Positions 1 through 9,338 are shown, numbered from the stretch's first letter. The stretch is DNA of 64,000 bases from an uncultured virus (IMG/VR IMGVR_UViG_3300009163_000001) (IMGVR_UViG_3300009163_000001); one strand, 5' to 3'. Numbers and translations are program-made. Notes: a model not told the origin generated them from the letters alone.

Positions 1-123
1 TACGATAATAAGTATGATGCTAACCGTGCTACTAATGGTTTGATTGACAGTAAGAATGGGGTAGATGCTCGTTGTGTTTACCACACAGATTACCTTACAG
101 AAGTGGAGTTACTCAATGCCTAA
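1..123 (+). CDS. 5'-truncated hypothetical early protein
   Basis: Frame 1 is open from base 1 to TAA at 121-123 and overlaps the next start. Confidence 0.55.
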   Translation, partial: YDNKYDANRATNGLIDSKNGVDARCVYHTDYLTEVELLNA

Positions 124-646
124 TTGGTGTTATAATACTTGTGAAATTCGTTTGTTGAATAAAGATATCCGTGATGCTTTTAAGTTATCATTGGAGAACG
201 AAGTGTTGTTTTCGTTCTTATGTCCTCTTGATCTTGGTTATGATGAAGATGGTAAGCCTAAGTGGGATCACGATGTAGCCATTAACAAGTGGGGTACTAA
301 GTGGGATGTTAGTAGTCTACACTATACCCATGATGATGTTGAGGAAATATACTATCTTAACTTTGATACTGCATGGGGTCCACCTACATTATTCTATATG
401 TCCTTGATGGATAACGATGATGTAGACTTTGTAAGAGCCACTTATATTGAGGGTGGTATGGAGTTCCTTGGTCAGTATACTAATGATTGTGGTACTATTG
501 TTAATGATCAGTATGATTATGATGATGTTATCCCTGAGGAGTTAGGTCTTGAAGTAGGGCTTGATGACTATAGTGATGAGCCTGTCTTTGAGCGTGATGG
601 TGATGGTAACTTTGTTCGTATCCAAGAGAAAGATAAAACAGTATGA
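116..646 (+). CDS. DUF1281/YubB ferredoxin-like domain protein
   Basis: MPNWCYN start, NKWGTKWD and FDTAWGPP motifs; GGAG upstream of ATG 116. Confidence 0.75.
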   Translation: MPNWCYNTCEIRLLNKDIRDAFKLSLENEVLFSFLCPLDLGYDEDGKPKWDHDVAINKWGTKWDVSSLHYTHDDVEEIYYLNFDTAWGPPTLFYMSLMDNDDVDFVRATYIEGGMEFLGQYTNDCGTIVNDQYDYDDVIPEELGLEVGLDDYSDEPVFERDGDGNFVRIQEKDKTV

Positions 647-858
647 CAACAAGAATTAAACTACGACCAAACAAGAACCTTAATGGTAAGGTATATACTA
701 TGCAGGATATCTATGCTACTCTGAATAACATTCAGAAGCAACACATTGATGGTGTACTAGATGTATACGCACCTATTATGCGAGAGGGTATGCAGTACCC
801 TTCTATTGCTTGGCAATGGAAGAACGATGCATACAATAATAGGTATCGTCATGTCTAA
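643..858 (+). CDS. hypothetical early protein
   Basis: ATGA overlap with the previous gene. Confidence 0.65.
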   Translation: MTTRIKLRPNKNLNGKVYTMQDIYATLNNIQKQHIDGVLDVYAPIMREGMQYPSIAWQWKNDAYNNRYRHV

Positions 859-1081
859 GAAACAAGATGCTATCAATCAAGCATTACGATTACTAAGAGA
901 GAATCATTATGTTGTAATAGATTCAAAGCATATTAAGATGGACTATTATACTAGACATAAACAAAAGTTATCTCGTAGTGATGCTGCTCATTACTGGGAC
1001 TTGGCATATGGGTACTGTTGGATGGAGATGATGGAATCAATGCTTATCATAGCAGAAAGTAAGAAATATGGAATATACTAA
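851..1081 (+). CDS. hypothetical early protein
   Basis: MSKKQDAI start after AGGT; tiles with neighbours. Confidence 0.6.
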   Translation: MSKKQDAINQALRLLRENHYVVIDSKHIKMDYYTRHKQKLSRSDAAHYWDLAYGYCWMEMMESMLIIAESKKYGIY

Positions 1082-1178
1082 TCTTGGTAATATGTGGTGG
1101 GCATTAACTTGCAATGTATTTGTATGCATTGCTGCTCTTGGTTTTATGATGCTTCTTTGTGATAGGAAACAACAATGA
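1068..1178 (+). CDS. small membrane protein (36 aa, not in ORF track)
   Basis: MEYTNLGNMWWALTCNVFVCIAALGFMMLLCDRKQQ; one hydrophobic helix; its stop overlaps the next ATG (ATGA). Confidence 0.55.
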   Translation: MEYTNLGNMWWALTCNVFVCIAALGFMMLLCDRKQQ

Positions 1179-1387
1179 TAGTACCACTAAATAAGTATGA
1201 AGTAACTGTATACGAACGACAAGAGTGGTACTATACTTATACTATTGATGCTGTTGATCGAGAGAGTGCTAAAGATGTTGCACGACAACTACACGCTGAT
1301 GGTGAGCAGTCAGACGATAGTGGTATTGTAGATGGCTATAGTACAGGTATTGATTGTGTTGATATTGAAATCAAAGGAGAACAATAA
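1175..1387 (+). CDS. hypothetical acidic early protein
   Basis: AGGA SD; YEVTV...TIDAVDRESA pattern common in small phage proteins. Confidence 0.7.
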   Translation: MIVPLNKYEVTVYERQEWYYTYTIDAVDRESAKDVARQLHADGEQSDDSGIVDGYSTGIDCVDIEIKGEQ

Positions 1388-1581
1388 TGGAGATTGATCG
1401 TAGTAAACTTAATGAAGTAAAGATGCAACCGTTGTTTCTTGTGGTGGGTACTAATCGTACCTACCCATATGAAGTAATGTATTCATATGGTACTAAGATT
1501 TATTTCTTAGATTCATTCTCTGATCAAGAGGATGCTCTTGCATATGTGGACTTAAAGATGCGAGGTATCAAATGCTGTTGA
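1387..1581 (+). CDS. hypothetical early protein
   Basis: AAGGAG SD, TAATG coupling. Confidence 0.7.
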   Translation: MEIDRSKLNEVKMQPLFLVVGTNRTYPYEVMYSYGTKIYFLDSFSDQEDALAYVDLKMRGIKCC

Positions 1582-1883
1582 CCAAGGATGGAGAATACGG
1601 TTGTGTTAGGTTATTCTTTGGTGGTATACAATTAGATGTAGACTTTACTACTGTTGAAGAATGGCGCATGAGTATTGAAGAAGAAGATAGTTGTGAAGAA
1701 GGTGGTAGAATTGTGTACAATAAAGTTCGGGTGTATGACTGTGAGAAAGTCATCATCTGTAACTTAACTGTTAATGATGTAGCACCACAACTGTTGCACC
1801 TTACTCTTGTTGATATTATGAATGAATGCAGTAATTGGGTACGACAGAATGAGGAAGCAAATGAATGTGATTTTGCAGACTAA
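1572..1883 (+). CDS. hypothetical early protein
   Basis: GAGGT SD; overlapping tiling. Confidence 0.65.
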   Translation: MLLTKDGEYGCVRLFFGGIQLDVDFTTVEEWRMSIEEEDSCEEGGRIVYNKVRVYDCEKVIICNLTVNDVAPQLLHLTLVDIMNECSNWVRQNEEANECDFAD

Positions 1884-2034
1884 GATTGATGTATTGAAAT
1901 CGTTTGGAGTAACTACTACTGCTAGTATCAATACTCACCTTGAGTATGTGGCAGTAGACCCAAACACTTTGGAATGTACAAACTATGATGATTTACAATC
2001 ATGGTTTGATCTCTTGAAAGGAGAAATAAAATGA
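1861..2034 (+). CDS. hypothetical early protein
   Basis: GAGG SD before ATG 1861; its stop overlaps the next ATG. Confidence 0.55.
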   Translation: MNVILQTKIDVLKSFGVTTTASINTHLEYVAVDPNTLECTNYDDLQSWFDLLKGEIK

Positions 2035-2441
2035 GTGATGTTGCATCTGCTATTGAAACCTTGATTGATTATCGCTTGGATTGTAAGTTGGAAGACGCTG
2101 TGGATACTGCTATTGATAATAAACTTGATGATGCTGTTGATAGTAAACTCGATGACCTCAAGTCTGAACTTGAGAGCAAGTATGATGATGTTGAGGGTAA
2201 GTGTGATGATGTTGAAAGTAAGTGCGATGATATTGAGTCACGAGTTGATGACCTTGAGGGTAAGGATAGTTTAGATACTACTGCTATTGTGGATAGACTG
2301 GATCAACTTGAACTAAGGGTTAAGAATCTTGACCCTCGTATTGAAGAAGCAATGATCGGTCTTAACAGAAACCATAATACCAAGAATGAATTGGTTGTCC
2401 TGTTGACACAAGTTATGAATCTTGTGCGGGATATCACATGA
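2031..2441 (+). CDS. acidic heptad-repeat coiled-coil protein
   Basis: AAGGAG SD; DDVEGKC/DDVESKC/DDIESRV/DDLEGKD repeats. Confidence 0.75.
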   Translation: MSDVASAIETLIDYRLDCKLEDAVDTAIDNKLDDAVDSKLDDLKSELESKYDDVEGKCDDVESKCDDIESRVDDLEGKDSLDTTAIVDRLDQLELRVKNLDPRIEEAMIGLNRNHNTKNELVVLLTQVMNLVRDIT

Positions 2442-2635
2442 GTATTGAAGATGAACTAAAGAATGGTACTGTGTATACCATGAAACAATCTGATGTTCAT
2501 AAGTGTCCTCATTATATTATGATGCCTGATCATTATAATAATGATGGGTCGTGTAAGTGTACTGACTTCAGTCACGCAGAGATGCTGACATGGGGTTATA
2601 CTTGGGATGGTAAGTCTTGGGTTAACCCCCAATAA
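2438..2635 (+). CDS. hypothetical Cys/His protein
   Basis: ATGA coupling; CPH...H...CKC...H possible metal ligands. Confidence 0.6.
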   Translation: MSIEDELKNGTVYTMKQSDVHKCPHYIMMPDHYNNDGSCKCTDFSHAEMLTWGYTWDGKSWVNPQ

Positions 2636-2641
2636 CTTATT

Positions 2642-2715
2642 GGATTATTAGCATAGCGATCTAATGCTGTCCACTCATAATGGATAAGACCTTGGTTTGA
2701 ATCCAAGATAATCCA
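2642..2715 (+). tRNA. tRNA with CAT anticodon (Met or Ile2)
   Basis: Acceptor GGATTAT/ATAATCC+A; anticodon arm GTCCA-CTCATAA-TGGAT; T arm CTTGG-TTTGAAT-CCAAG; CCA not encoded. Confidence 0.8.
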
Positions 2716-2720
2716 TTCAT

Positions 2721-2794
2721 ATCCCTATAGCTCAATTGGATAGAGCAACAGCCTTCTAAGTTGTAGGTTGATGGTTCAAGTCCATCTAGGGATG
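2721..2794 (+). tRNA. tRNA-Arg(TCT)
   Basis: Acceptor ATCCCTA/TAGGGAT; D arm GCTCAATTGGATAGAGC; anticodon arm ACAGC-CTTCTAA-GTTGT; T arm GATGG-TTCAAGT-CCATC. Confidence 0.92.
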
Positions 2795-2814
2795 CTTTTA
2801 ACAAGGAGATAACT

Positions 2815-3000
2815 ATGTTTAATGTTGGAGATAAAGTATATTATAAGGGTGGTGGTAATGGTGAGCATACCTTTGCTACAGTAATGTATATTGAATCTGA
2901 TGATAGCATACATGTTAGGTTTGATAATGGAAACAGAATAAGTTGTGAGCAAGAATACTTTGAATTACAAAGTACTTACCTAGAAAGAATAACTAAATGA
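2815..3000 (+). CDS. small SH3-like hypothetical protein
   Basis: AAGGAG SD; FNVGDKVYY...VRFDNG pattern. Confidence 0.7.
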   Translation: MFNVGDKVYYKGGGNGEHTFATVMYIESDDSIHVRFDNGNRISCEQEYFELQSTYLERITK

Positions 3001-3284
3001 ATACTATTGAAGATGATAAGAAGTATGAAGAGTGGACTGTTAGTGTTAAGCATATGATCAGCGACTCTGATTCTTTTGAGGATGAAATCTGTGGTGGCTT
3101 AGACTTTTTAAATGTTGCATACTCATGTCGATACGATAGTGATGATACTATTGTTGTTACCCTTATGGTTAAGAATGAGAACCAAGCCTATCGTTGTTCA
3201 GAAAAGATTGAACAGTATCTTAATGATTGGTGGGATGCTGATGCTATTATCTTAGGAGTTGATCGTGTCGAAACCAAAAAATAA
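2997..3284 (+). CDS. hypothetical acidic early protein
   Basis: ATGA coupling. Confidence 0.65.
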   Translation: MNTIEDDKKYEEWTVSVKHMISDSDSFEDEICGGLDFLNVAYSCRYDSDDTIVVTLMVKNENQAYRCSEKIEQYLNDWWDADAIILGVDRVETKK

Positions 3285-3525
3285 ACTATGGACTGTTACT
3301 CATCGTGAGATATATACAACAATTGTTGTTAAGTCTTTTATAAATGTATGGGCAGCGACTAGAGATGATGCTGTTGAGTCTGTGTCTGATCATTTCTTTG
3401 AGGATAAAAAGAATCTTAAGAAGATATTTAAATCAGACTTTCAAATATCAGAACATAAAGAACTTGATGATGTATTAGATGAAGCATTTAAACAAAGAAA
3501 GAGTACTACACCATGTCAAAAATAG
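3259..3525 (+). CDS. hypothetical early protein (start uncertain)
   Basis: TAGGAG upstream; tiles between neighbours. Confidence 0.55.
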   Translation: MIVSKPKNKLWTVTHREIYTTIVVKSFINVWAATRDDAVESVSDHFFEDKKNLKKIFKSDFQISEHKELDDVLDEAFKQRKSTTPCQK

Positions 3526-3713
3526 ATGATGTTATTATTGATGCTCATAATGCTGTACCTATGGGCTATGGTATATGGGCTACTGAGATTAAGTCTTGGT
3601 TAATGGAAACTAAAGATCACATTGCATCATGGGTTACTGAGAAAGACGCTGATGTGTATCGTCGTAATCATTTAGTACATCCTGATATGTATATAATAAA
3701 GGTAATCAAATGA
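3513..3713 (+). CDS. hypothetical early protein
   Basis: Overlap tiling; ATGA coupling downstream. Confidence 0.6.
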   Translation: MSKIDDVIIDAHNAVPMGYGIWATEIKSWLMETKDHIASWVTEKDADVYRRNHLVHPDMYIIKVIK

Positions 3714-4171
3714 GTAAACATTCTGCTGGCAAGGGTAGTAAGTATAGACTTGTTAATAAGAAACAGTATGATAAGAACTATGACGCTATCTTTAATAAAC
3801 CTAAGAAGAAAAAATTGTATCAAACTAAACATACACTTTGTTATGAATTGTATGAGAAGGGTGGTGCTAAGGCTGTGATTGATTACTGTCTTAGCATAGA
3901 CCATTGTGAGTGGGCGTACTGTCCTGACTGTGAGGAAGCAGCACCAATAGAGTTTGATAACACTTGTCTTATATGTGGACAAATAACACCAAGACCTGAG
4001 TTTCATGTTGGTGATATTGTATACTACAATGATCCCGAAGATAGCCTATTATCCTGTCATGGTACAATCATAGAAATACATAGTCTATTCCCTGATGCTG
4101 TTGTTACATTAAGTACCATGCTGCATGGTGGTATAGAGTGTAGCTTATCTGAGTTAACTAAAGTCAAGTAA
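3710..4171 (+). CDS. hypothetical multi-module protein (GKGS motif, Zn ribbon, SH3-like)
   Basis: AGKGSKYR...YDKNYDAIF; CPDC-x11-CLIC; FHVGDIVYY. Confidence 0.7.
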   Translation: MSKHSAGKGSKYRLVNKKQYDKNYDAIFNKPKKKKLYQTKHTLCYELYEKGGAKAVIDYCLSIDHCEWAYCPDCEEAAPIEFDNTCLICGQITPRPEFHVGDIVYYNDPEDSLLSCHGTIIEIHSLFPDAVVTLSTMLHGGIECSLSELTKVK

Positions 4172-4176
4172 CAGTA

Positions 4177-4250
4177 GACTAGGTATCCCAACTGGCAGAG
4201 GAAGAAGACTTAAAATCTTTTTGTTGTGGGTTCGACTCCCATCCTAGTCA
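4177..4250 (+). tRNA. tRNA-Leu(TAA), short variable arm
   Basis: Acceptor GACTAGG/CCTAGTC+A; anticodon arm GAAGA-CTTAAAA-TCTTT; T arm GTGGG-TTCGACT-CCCAT. Confidence 0.88.
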
Positions 4251-4258
4251 TTAGAGTT

Positions 4259-4282
4259 CCCAATAGTTGGGGCTATAGATAC
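4259..4282 (+). promoter_or_regulatory. putative phage RNAP promoter
   Basis: CCCAATAGTTGGGGCTATAGATAC; intergenic; recurs at 9712, 17432 and 60033; aligns with T7 TAATACGACTCACTATAG. Confidence 0.8.
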
Positions 4283-4320
4283 GACAGTATCTAACGGATA
4301 AGTCAAGAGAAAGTAAAGTT

Positions 4321-4473
4321 ATGAGTCAACCTAAAAAGAAACAGTTTAAAAATAAAGATAGATACAAGTATAAAAATGTAGTTAAAAAAGGCTGGGCTGA
4401 TATTAAAGATAGGGAACTTAATCCTAAACATAAAGATCATATCATTAATCCTAATGACAGGGATCTTAAATAA
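4321..4473 (+). CDS. small basic protein (50 aa, not in ORF track)
   Basis: MSQPKKKQFKNKDRYKY...; open frame directly after the promoter; weak SD. Confidence 0.45.
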   Translation: MSQPKKKQFKNKDRYKYKNVVKKGWADIKDRELNPKHKDHIINPNDRDLK

Positions 4474-4513
4474 TCGTTTTTACTTTTTCACTTACCTATA
4501 AGGAGATACTATT

Positions 4514-5530
4514 ATGGCGCATGAATTGATGGAGAATGATGGTGCGGTGTTTAATCGACAAGCTGCATGGCATGGTATTGGACAGACTATCACTGAGGAT
4601 ATGACCCCATTCCAAGCATTGCATCTTGCAAAGTTAAATTGGAATGTTGTTAAGTCACCTATGATATACACTCAGTTACCTAATGTGGCTGAGCCTGTGT
4701 TCAGTACGGACTATGCTGCTATTGTCCGTGAAGATACTAATGAGATACTTAGTGTTCAATCACCTGACTATGAGATCATTCAGAACTCTGAGCATTTTGA
4801 GATGGCATACTCTATCAGTGATGATGTTAAGGTAGAGTCTGCATTGTCGTTGAAGAATGGTCGTAAGGTTATCTTGTTATTGCGTGGTGAAACATTCAAT
4901 GCATCTAATGTATCTATGACTGATGGTGATCCTGTTACTCAGTATCTTGCATTGATTAATTCGCATGATGGTAGCCTTGCATTCTGTGCATTACCTACTA
5001 GCATTCGTATCGTATGCAATAACACATTGAGTATGGCGTTACAAGCAAGTCGTGGTAAGAATATGTATCGTATCACCCACAAGGGTACTACGATGGAAGA
5101 TAAGATGCAAGCTATGCGTACTGCACTTGGTAAGTTTAAGGAAACTGGTGCGTTCTTTCAAGAGAAAGTACAAGCAATGGCTGCTACTGCCTTAACAAGT
5201 GATCAGATTAAATCATTCTGGATTGATATGTATGGAATGCTTGAGTCACCTGTTGTTGCTAACCCAACAACTGATGCTGAGTCTGAGAATTATAAGAAGG
5301 CTTTGGTAACTATCGGTAGTTGGGCAGAGACCTTTGATACTGAGCGTAAGGAAACTAAGGGTGAAGCAAGTCTTTGGCTTGCTGCTAATGCTGTTACTAA
5401 GGGTTTACAATTCAAGGTTGCTAGTAGGGGTCGTAAGACCACACAAGCCAACCGTGTATGGGATAACCTTAGTGGTGGAGCGCAAGACGATACCCTTAAG
5501 GTATTCAAGCAAGCGTTGCAACTAGTCTAA
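4514..5530 (+). CDS. DUF932 family (TIGR03299-like) phage/plasmid protein
   Basis: MAHE..., AWHGIG, YLALINSHDGS and TSIRIVCNNTL motifs; AGGAG SD. Confidence 0.85.
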   Translation: MAHELMENDGAVFNRQAAWHGIGQTITEDMTPFQALHLAKLNWNVVKSPMIYTQLPNVAEPVFSTDYAAIVREDTNEILSVQSPDYEIIQNSEHFEMAYSISDDVKVESALSLKNGRKVILLLRGETFNASNVSMTDGDPVTQYLALINSHDGSLAFCALPTSIRIVCNNTLSMALQASRGKNMYRITHKGTTMEDKMQAMRTALGKFKETGAFFQEKVQAMAATALTSDQIKSFWIDMYGMLESPVVANPTTDAESENYKKALVTIGSWAETFDTERKETKGEASLWLAANAVTKGLQFKVASRGRKTTQANRVWDNLSGGAQDDTLKVFKQALQLV

Positions 5531-5544
5531 GAGTCAGCTGCTAT

Positions 5545-5581
5545 GCCATGTAGGGGGTACGGAGGGTATCCCCTACATGGT
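5545..5581 (+). other. long hairpin before the RNAP gene (RNase III site or terminator)
   Basis: GCCATGTAGGGGGTAC-GGAGG-GTATCCCCTACATGGT, 16 bp with G-U pairs and a poor U-tract; second hairpin at 5629-5653. Confidence 0.55.
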
Positions 5582-5672
5582 GCGGCTTCTACTTTATGTA
5601 AGTTATACTGCTACTTAAGGGACATCACTCCATATTTAGATGCTAGATATGGATAACTAATAAGGAGATACT

Positions 5673-8168
5673 ATGCCTGACCTATGGAATATGCTATCAC
5701 CTGTTGAGCAAGAAAAGCGTAAGACTTTACAAGCGTTGTATGAAGAGGATATGATTAACCTGTCATCAATGCGTTACTGGGATGAGTACAATCGTGCGCC
5801 TGATGAGGGCTACCCCGAACAACAGTTACTTGATACCTGTGTGGTACACTTAACACCTATCTACCAAGAGTGGATAGATACCATTGCCAAGAGTAGCAAG
5901 ACTCCTGCTTGGGCTTACCCATTGTTTGCTGTTGGTGCGGGTAAGATGGCTGACATTACATTGCGTTGCCTAATGCTTGAGTGGTTTAACTCTAGCATAT
6001 GGGATCGTAAGGTAGAAGGTAAGGTTGGTGTTATGCATAACCTACCATTACCATCTGCACAACACATGTCTCATGCTATCAGTAATATGGTTATTGAAAT
6101 TGTTGCATATCAACAAGCCAAAGAAACCTTTAGAGATGATTGGAATAAACAATCACACTATCAGAAGTCTTGGACTACTAAGCGATGCCGTGCATTCGCT
6201 GAGAAGATGAGTCAGATTAACCGTAAGCAATTCACTAGGAAACAAAGAGAAGACTTTGGTCACCATATGCTACGCATTGCTGAGCTATCGTCTATTGTTG
6301 TGATGAAGAATCACCGCAAGCGTGTACATAATCGTTGGTATGAGCGTGTTGTTGTTGGTTTTACTGATGAAGTATTAGAAGAACTTAACAAGAGCCATGC
6401 TGATTTAATTGCTAGGGCATCTATGCTCTATCGACCTATGATTATACCACCTGTACCACATAGTGCTGATGCTAGTGGTGGTAATCTTATGCCGTGGATA
6501 CGCAAGCCTGTAGTACAGAAGTTTAAAGATATCATATGGGATGAGACAGTAGTACAAAAGAACAGTACTCCTGGAGATCTCGTACTGCGTGGTATCAATG
6601 GACTGATGAATACCGAGTGGTCAATTAACGCCAAAGTGTTAATAGTGATGGTAGATATGTTCACCAATAACACTAGGCAAGCTAACCTACCCGCATATGA
6701 CTTCAGTGCATTTGAATTTGGTGAGCCTTACCCTAAAGATGGGACTAAAGAAGAGCAATCTAAATGGTGTAGTAAGAGAGAGGAATCTTATTCGTTATGG
6801 TATAAAGAAGAGCGTAGCCGAGGTCGTATGTTAGTACGATTAAAGTTAGCTCAAGATTTAATCAAACAATTATTCTTCTATCATGTCTATACCTGTGACT
6901 TTCGTGGTCGTGCTTACACTACATGTGATCTATTATCACCGCAAGCATCTGACTTCGATAGGTCATTGATACACTTTGCTAAGCCTGTTAAGCAGACTCC
7001 GCAAGGTACTCGATGGTTAAAGATACACTTGGCTAATCTGTTTGACCAAGATAAGGAATCGTTTGAGGATCGTATTAGATGGGTAGATGCTAATCATGTT
7101 AACATAACTGAGACAGCAAAAGATCCTTATGATATGAGATCCTTTTGGGTTAGTGATAAGAAGAAGAAGAACCCATCGTTCCAACGATTGGCTGCTATCT
7201 TTGAGTTGTGTCGTACTGATGGTATGACTCAACTACCCATTCAAATAGATGGTTCATGTAATGGTGTTCAACATTGGGCTGCTCTGATGAAGGATGAATA
7301 CTTAGCATACAAGGTTAATCTTACTGGAACTAAAGATCCACAAGACCTGTATGGCTTTGTTGCTGATACCATTACAGATACTATGAAGAATGATGTTGAG
7401 GATACTACTGCTGATGATGATACAAAAGCATGGGCTGTAAAGTTCCTTGATCACTGGAATAATAAGATACCTAGATCAGTACCCAAGAGGGCAGTAATGA
7501 CTGATCCCTATGGTGTTACCTTCTATGGTATCAGAAGATATTGTAAGTCTGAGGGTCATTTAGATTGGGTTCCTAAAGAAGAATCTGCTGGTGCTGTAAT
7601 GGAACTGGCTACTTATATTGACGGTGCTTTAAAGAATACACTAACTAAGGCTAACGAGGGTAAGGTATGGCTGAAGGAGATTGCTGATATCTCTAGCAAT
7701 ACTGGTAAGATTCTTGAGTGGACTACACCATGTGGATTCCATGTGGTGCATCAATACTTTGAGATCTTATCTCGTCGTTCAGTTGCCAAGTTATTTAATA
7801 TGAAAGAGTTACACTTTGGTTCATCAGATGGTAAAACAATTGATAAGACTCAGGTTAATCTTGCTATCAGTCCTAACTACATTCATAGTTTAGATGCTAG
7901 TCATATGTGGGCAACTACAGTACGCTGTATGAATGCTGGTATGGAAGATTTTAGTATGGTGCATGATAGCTTTGGTTGTTACGCACCAATGATACCTATG
8001 CTTAAACAATTTACAAAGGAAGAGTTTTATGAAATGCACAAGGAACCGCTTCTCGAAACCCTCAAAGGTGAAGTCGAGAAACAAATCGGGATTACGCTAC
8101 CTACACCGCCCCAAGGGGGATGTTTCAATGTATCATCCGTTCTTGAAGCAGATTATATCTTCCACTAA
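5673..8168 (+). CDS. T7-like single-subunit DNA-directed RNA polymerase
   Basis: DFRGRAY; motif A DGSCNGVQH; motif B RSVPKRAVMTDPYG; PNYIHSLDASH; motif C VHDSF. Confidence 0.98.
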   Translation: MPDLWNMLSPVEQEKRKTLQALYEEDMINLSSMRYWDEYNRAPDEGYPEQQLLDTCVVHLTPIYQEWIDTIAKSSKTPAWAYPLFAVGAGKMADITLRCLMLEWFNSSIWDRKVEGKVGVMHNLPLPSAQHMSHAISNMVIEIVAYQQAKETFRDDWNKQSHYQKSWTTKRCRAFAEKMSQINRKQFTRKQREDFGHHMLRIAELSSIVVMKNHRKRVHNRWYERVVVGFTDEVLEELNKSHADLIARASMLYRPMIIPPVPHSADASGGNLMPWIRKPVVQKFKDIIWDETVVQKNSTPGDLVLRGINGLMNTEWSINAKVLIVMVDMFTNNTRQANLPAYDFSAFEFGEPYPKDGTKEEQSKWCSKREESYSLWYKEERSRGRMLVRLKLAQDLIKQLFFYHVYTCDFRGRAYTTCDLLSPQASDFDRSLIHFAKPVKQTPQGTRWLKIHLANLFDQDKESFEDRIRWVDANHVNITETAKDPYDMRSFWVSDKKKKNPSFQRLAAIFELCRTDGMTQLPIQIDGSCNGVQHWAALMKDEYLAYKVNLTGTKDPQDLYGFVADTITDTMKNDVEDTTADDDTKAWAVKFLDHWNNKIPRSVPKRAVMTDPYGVTFYGIRRYCKSEGHLDWVPKEESAGAVMELATYIDGALKNTLTKANEGKVWLKEIADISSNTGKILEWTTPCGFHVVHQYFEILSRRSVAKLFNMKELHFGSSDGKTIDKTQVNLAISPNYIHSLDASHMWATTVRCMNAGMEDFSMVHDSFGCYAPMIPMLKQFTKEEFYEMHKEPLLETLKGEVEKQIGITLPTPPQGGCFNVSSVLEADYIFH

Positions 8169-8436
8169 ACCTGTTAAGATTACTTGGTTAGATGCTGAGA
8201 CTATCGGTGATGGTGGTTGGCTTGAGTTAGAAGAGTGTATGAGAGAAATGTTAACACCATTACCAACTGTAATTAGTATTGGATATGTATTGTGTAGAAA
8301 TAAACAATGCATTACCATTGCTGATACAGTTAGCAGTGACTGCGTTGGTGTAATAAACCGCATACCATTGGGAATGATTGTCTCAATTGAAAGGCTAAGC
8401 GTTAATGTCCGAAAGAAAAAGAAAAGGAAAGCGTAA
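8128..8436 (+). CDS. conserved hypothetical phage protein (start uncertain)
   Basis: ITWLDA...GGW...SIGYV...IPLGMIVSIE pattern; overlaps the RNAP 3' end. Confidence 0.6.
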   Translation: MYHPFLKQIISSTKPVKITWLDAETIGDGGWLELEECMREMLTPLPTVISIGYVLCRNKQCITIADTVSSDCVGVINRIPLGMIVSIERLSVNVRKKKKRKA

Positions 8437-8680
8437 GAATATATTATCTGTGCGTAGTGAAGCAGATATGGAAGCCGTACTATTAATGGTTGTCGAGATG
8501 GCTTTGTCAACTGATGTTGAACGAGTCATAAACATATGGTTCCCTACTGATGGTTTGTCTGATATCTTCTTAGAGAATTGCTTGATAGAATTTAAGTTAA
8601 GAAAAATAGAGATCGCTGGTAACAATATGAATATGAATTTATTCATTGATGATCTCGATACAAAGGAAACAAATGGCTAA
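8405..8680 (+). CDS. hypothetical protein
   Basis: Tiles between neighbours. Confidence 0.6.
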   Translation: MSERKRKGKRKNILSVRSEADMEAVLLMVVEMALSTDVERVINIWFPTDGLSDIFLENCLIEFKLRKIEIAGNNMNMNLFIDDLDTKETNG

Positions 8681-9338
8681 GGTATTAGTAATTGGGGATA
8701 CACATTTCCCCGCTGTTCATAAGGACTACTTTAATTTTGTTAGTGGTATCTATGCTAAATGGAAGTGTGATAAGGTAATCCATATTGGTGATGTTGTTGA
8801 TCACCATAACATTTCATTCCATCAAAAGAATCCTGAGAATGAGAGTGCTATTGCTGAGTATGAAGCTGCACTTAAGTGTATTAAAAAGTGGTACAAAAAA
8901 TTTCCAAGCATGAGCATATGTATTGGTAACCATGATGATCGTGTAAGTCGGCTTGCCGCTGATCGTGGTATACCAAGAATGTATATCAAACCATTTGCTG
9001 CGTTATACGCTACCCCAGGATGGACTTGGAAAGATAGTACGCTAGTAGATGGTGTGCTGTACACTCATGGTACTGGTGCGTCATCACAATACCCAGCGTT
9101 TAACTCTGCTAAGGTTAGTGCTTGCTCTACAGTACAAGGACATCATCATTCTATTGCTGGTATTAACTGGTTGAATGGTCCATCTCATCGTGTGTTTGGT
9201 ATGAATGTAGGTAGTGGTGTTGACATCACACACCCAAGCATGTCATATGGTTCTTACTATGTTAAGAAACCAATGCTGTCTTGCGGAGTAGTGATTAATG
9301 GATATCCTTATCTTGAAACAATGAGTACAATGCCATGA
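8673..9338 (+). CDS. calcineurin-like metallophosphoesterase
   Basis: GDTH, HIGDVVD, GNHD, THG and GHHH motifs; AAGGA SD. Confidence 0.9.
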   Translation: MAKVLVIGDTHFPAVHKDYFNFVSGIYAKWKCDKVIHIGDVVDHHNISFHQKNPENESAIAEYEAALKCIKKWYKKFPSMSICIGNHDDRVSRLAADRGIPRMYIKPFAALYATPGWTWKDSTLVDGVLYTHGTGASSQYPAFNSAKVSACSTVQGHHHSIAGINWLNGPSHRVFGMNVGSGVDITHPSMSYGSYYVKKPMLSCGVVINGYPYLETMSTMP

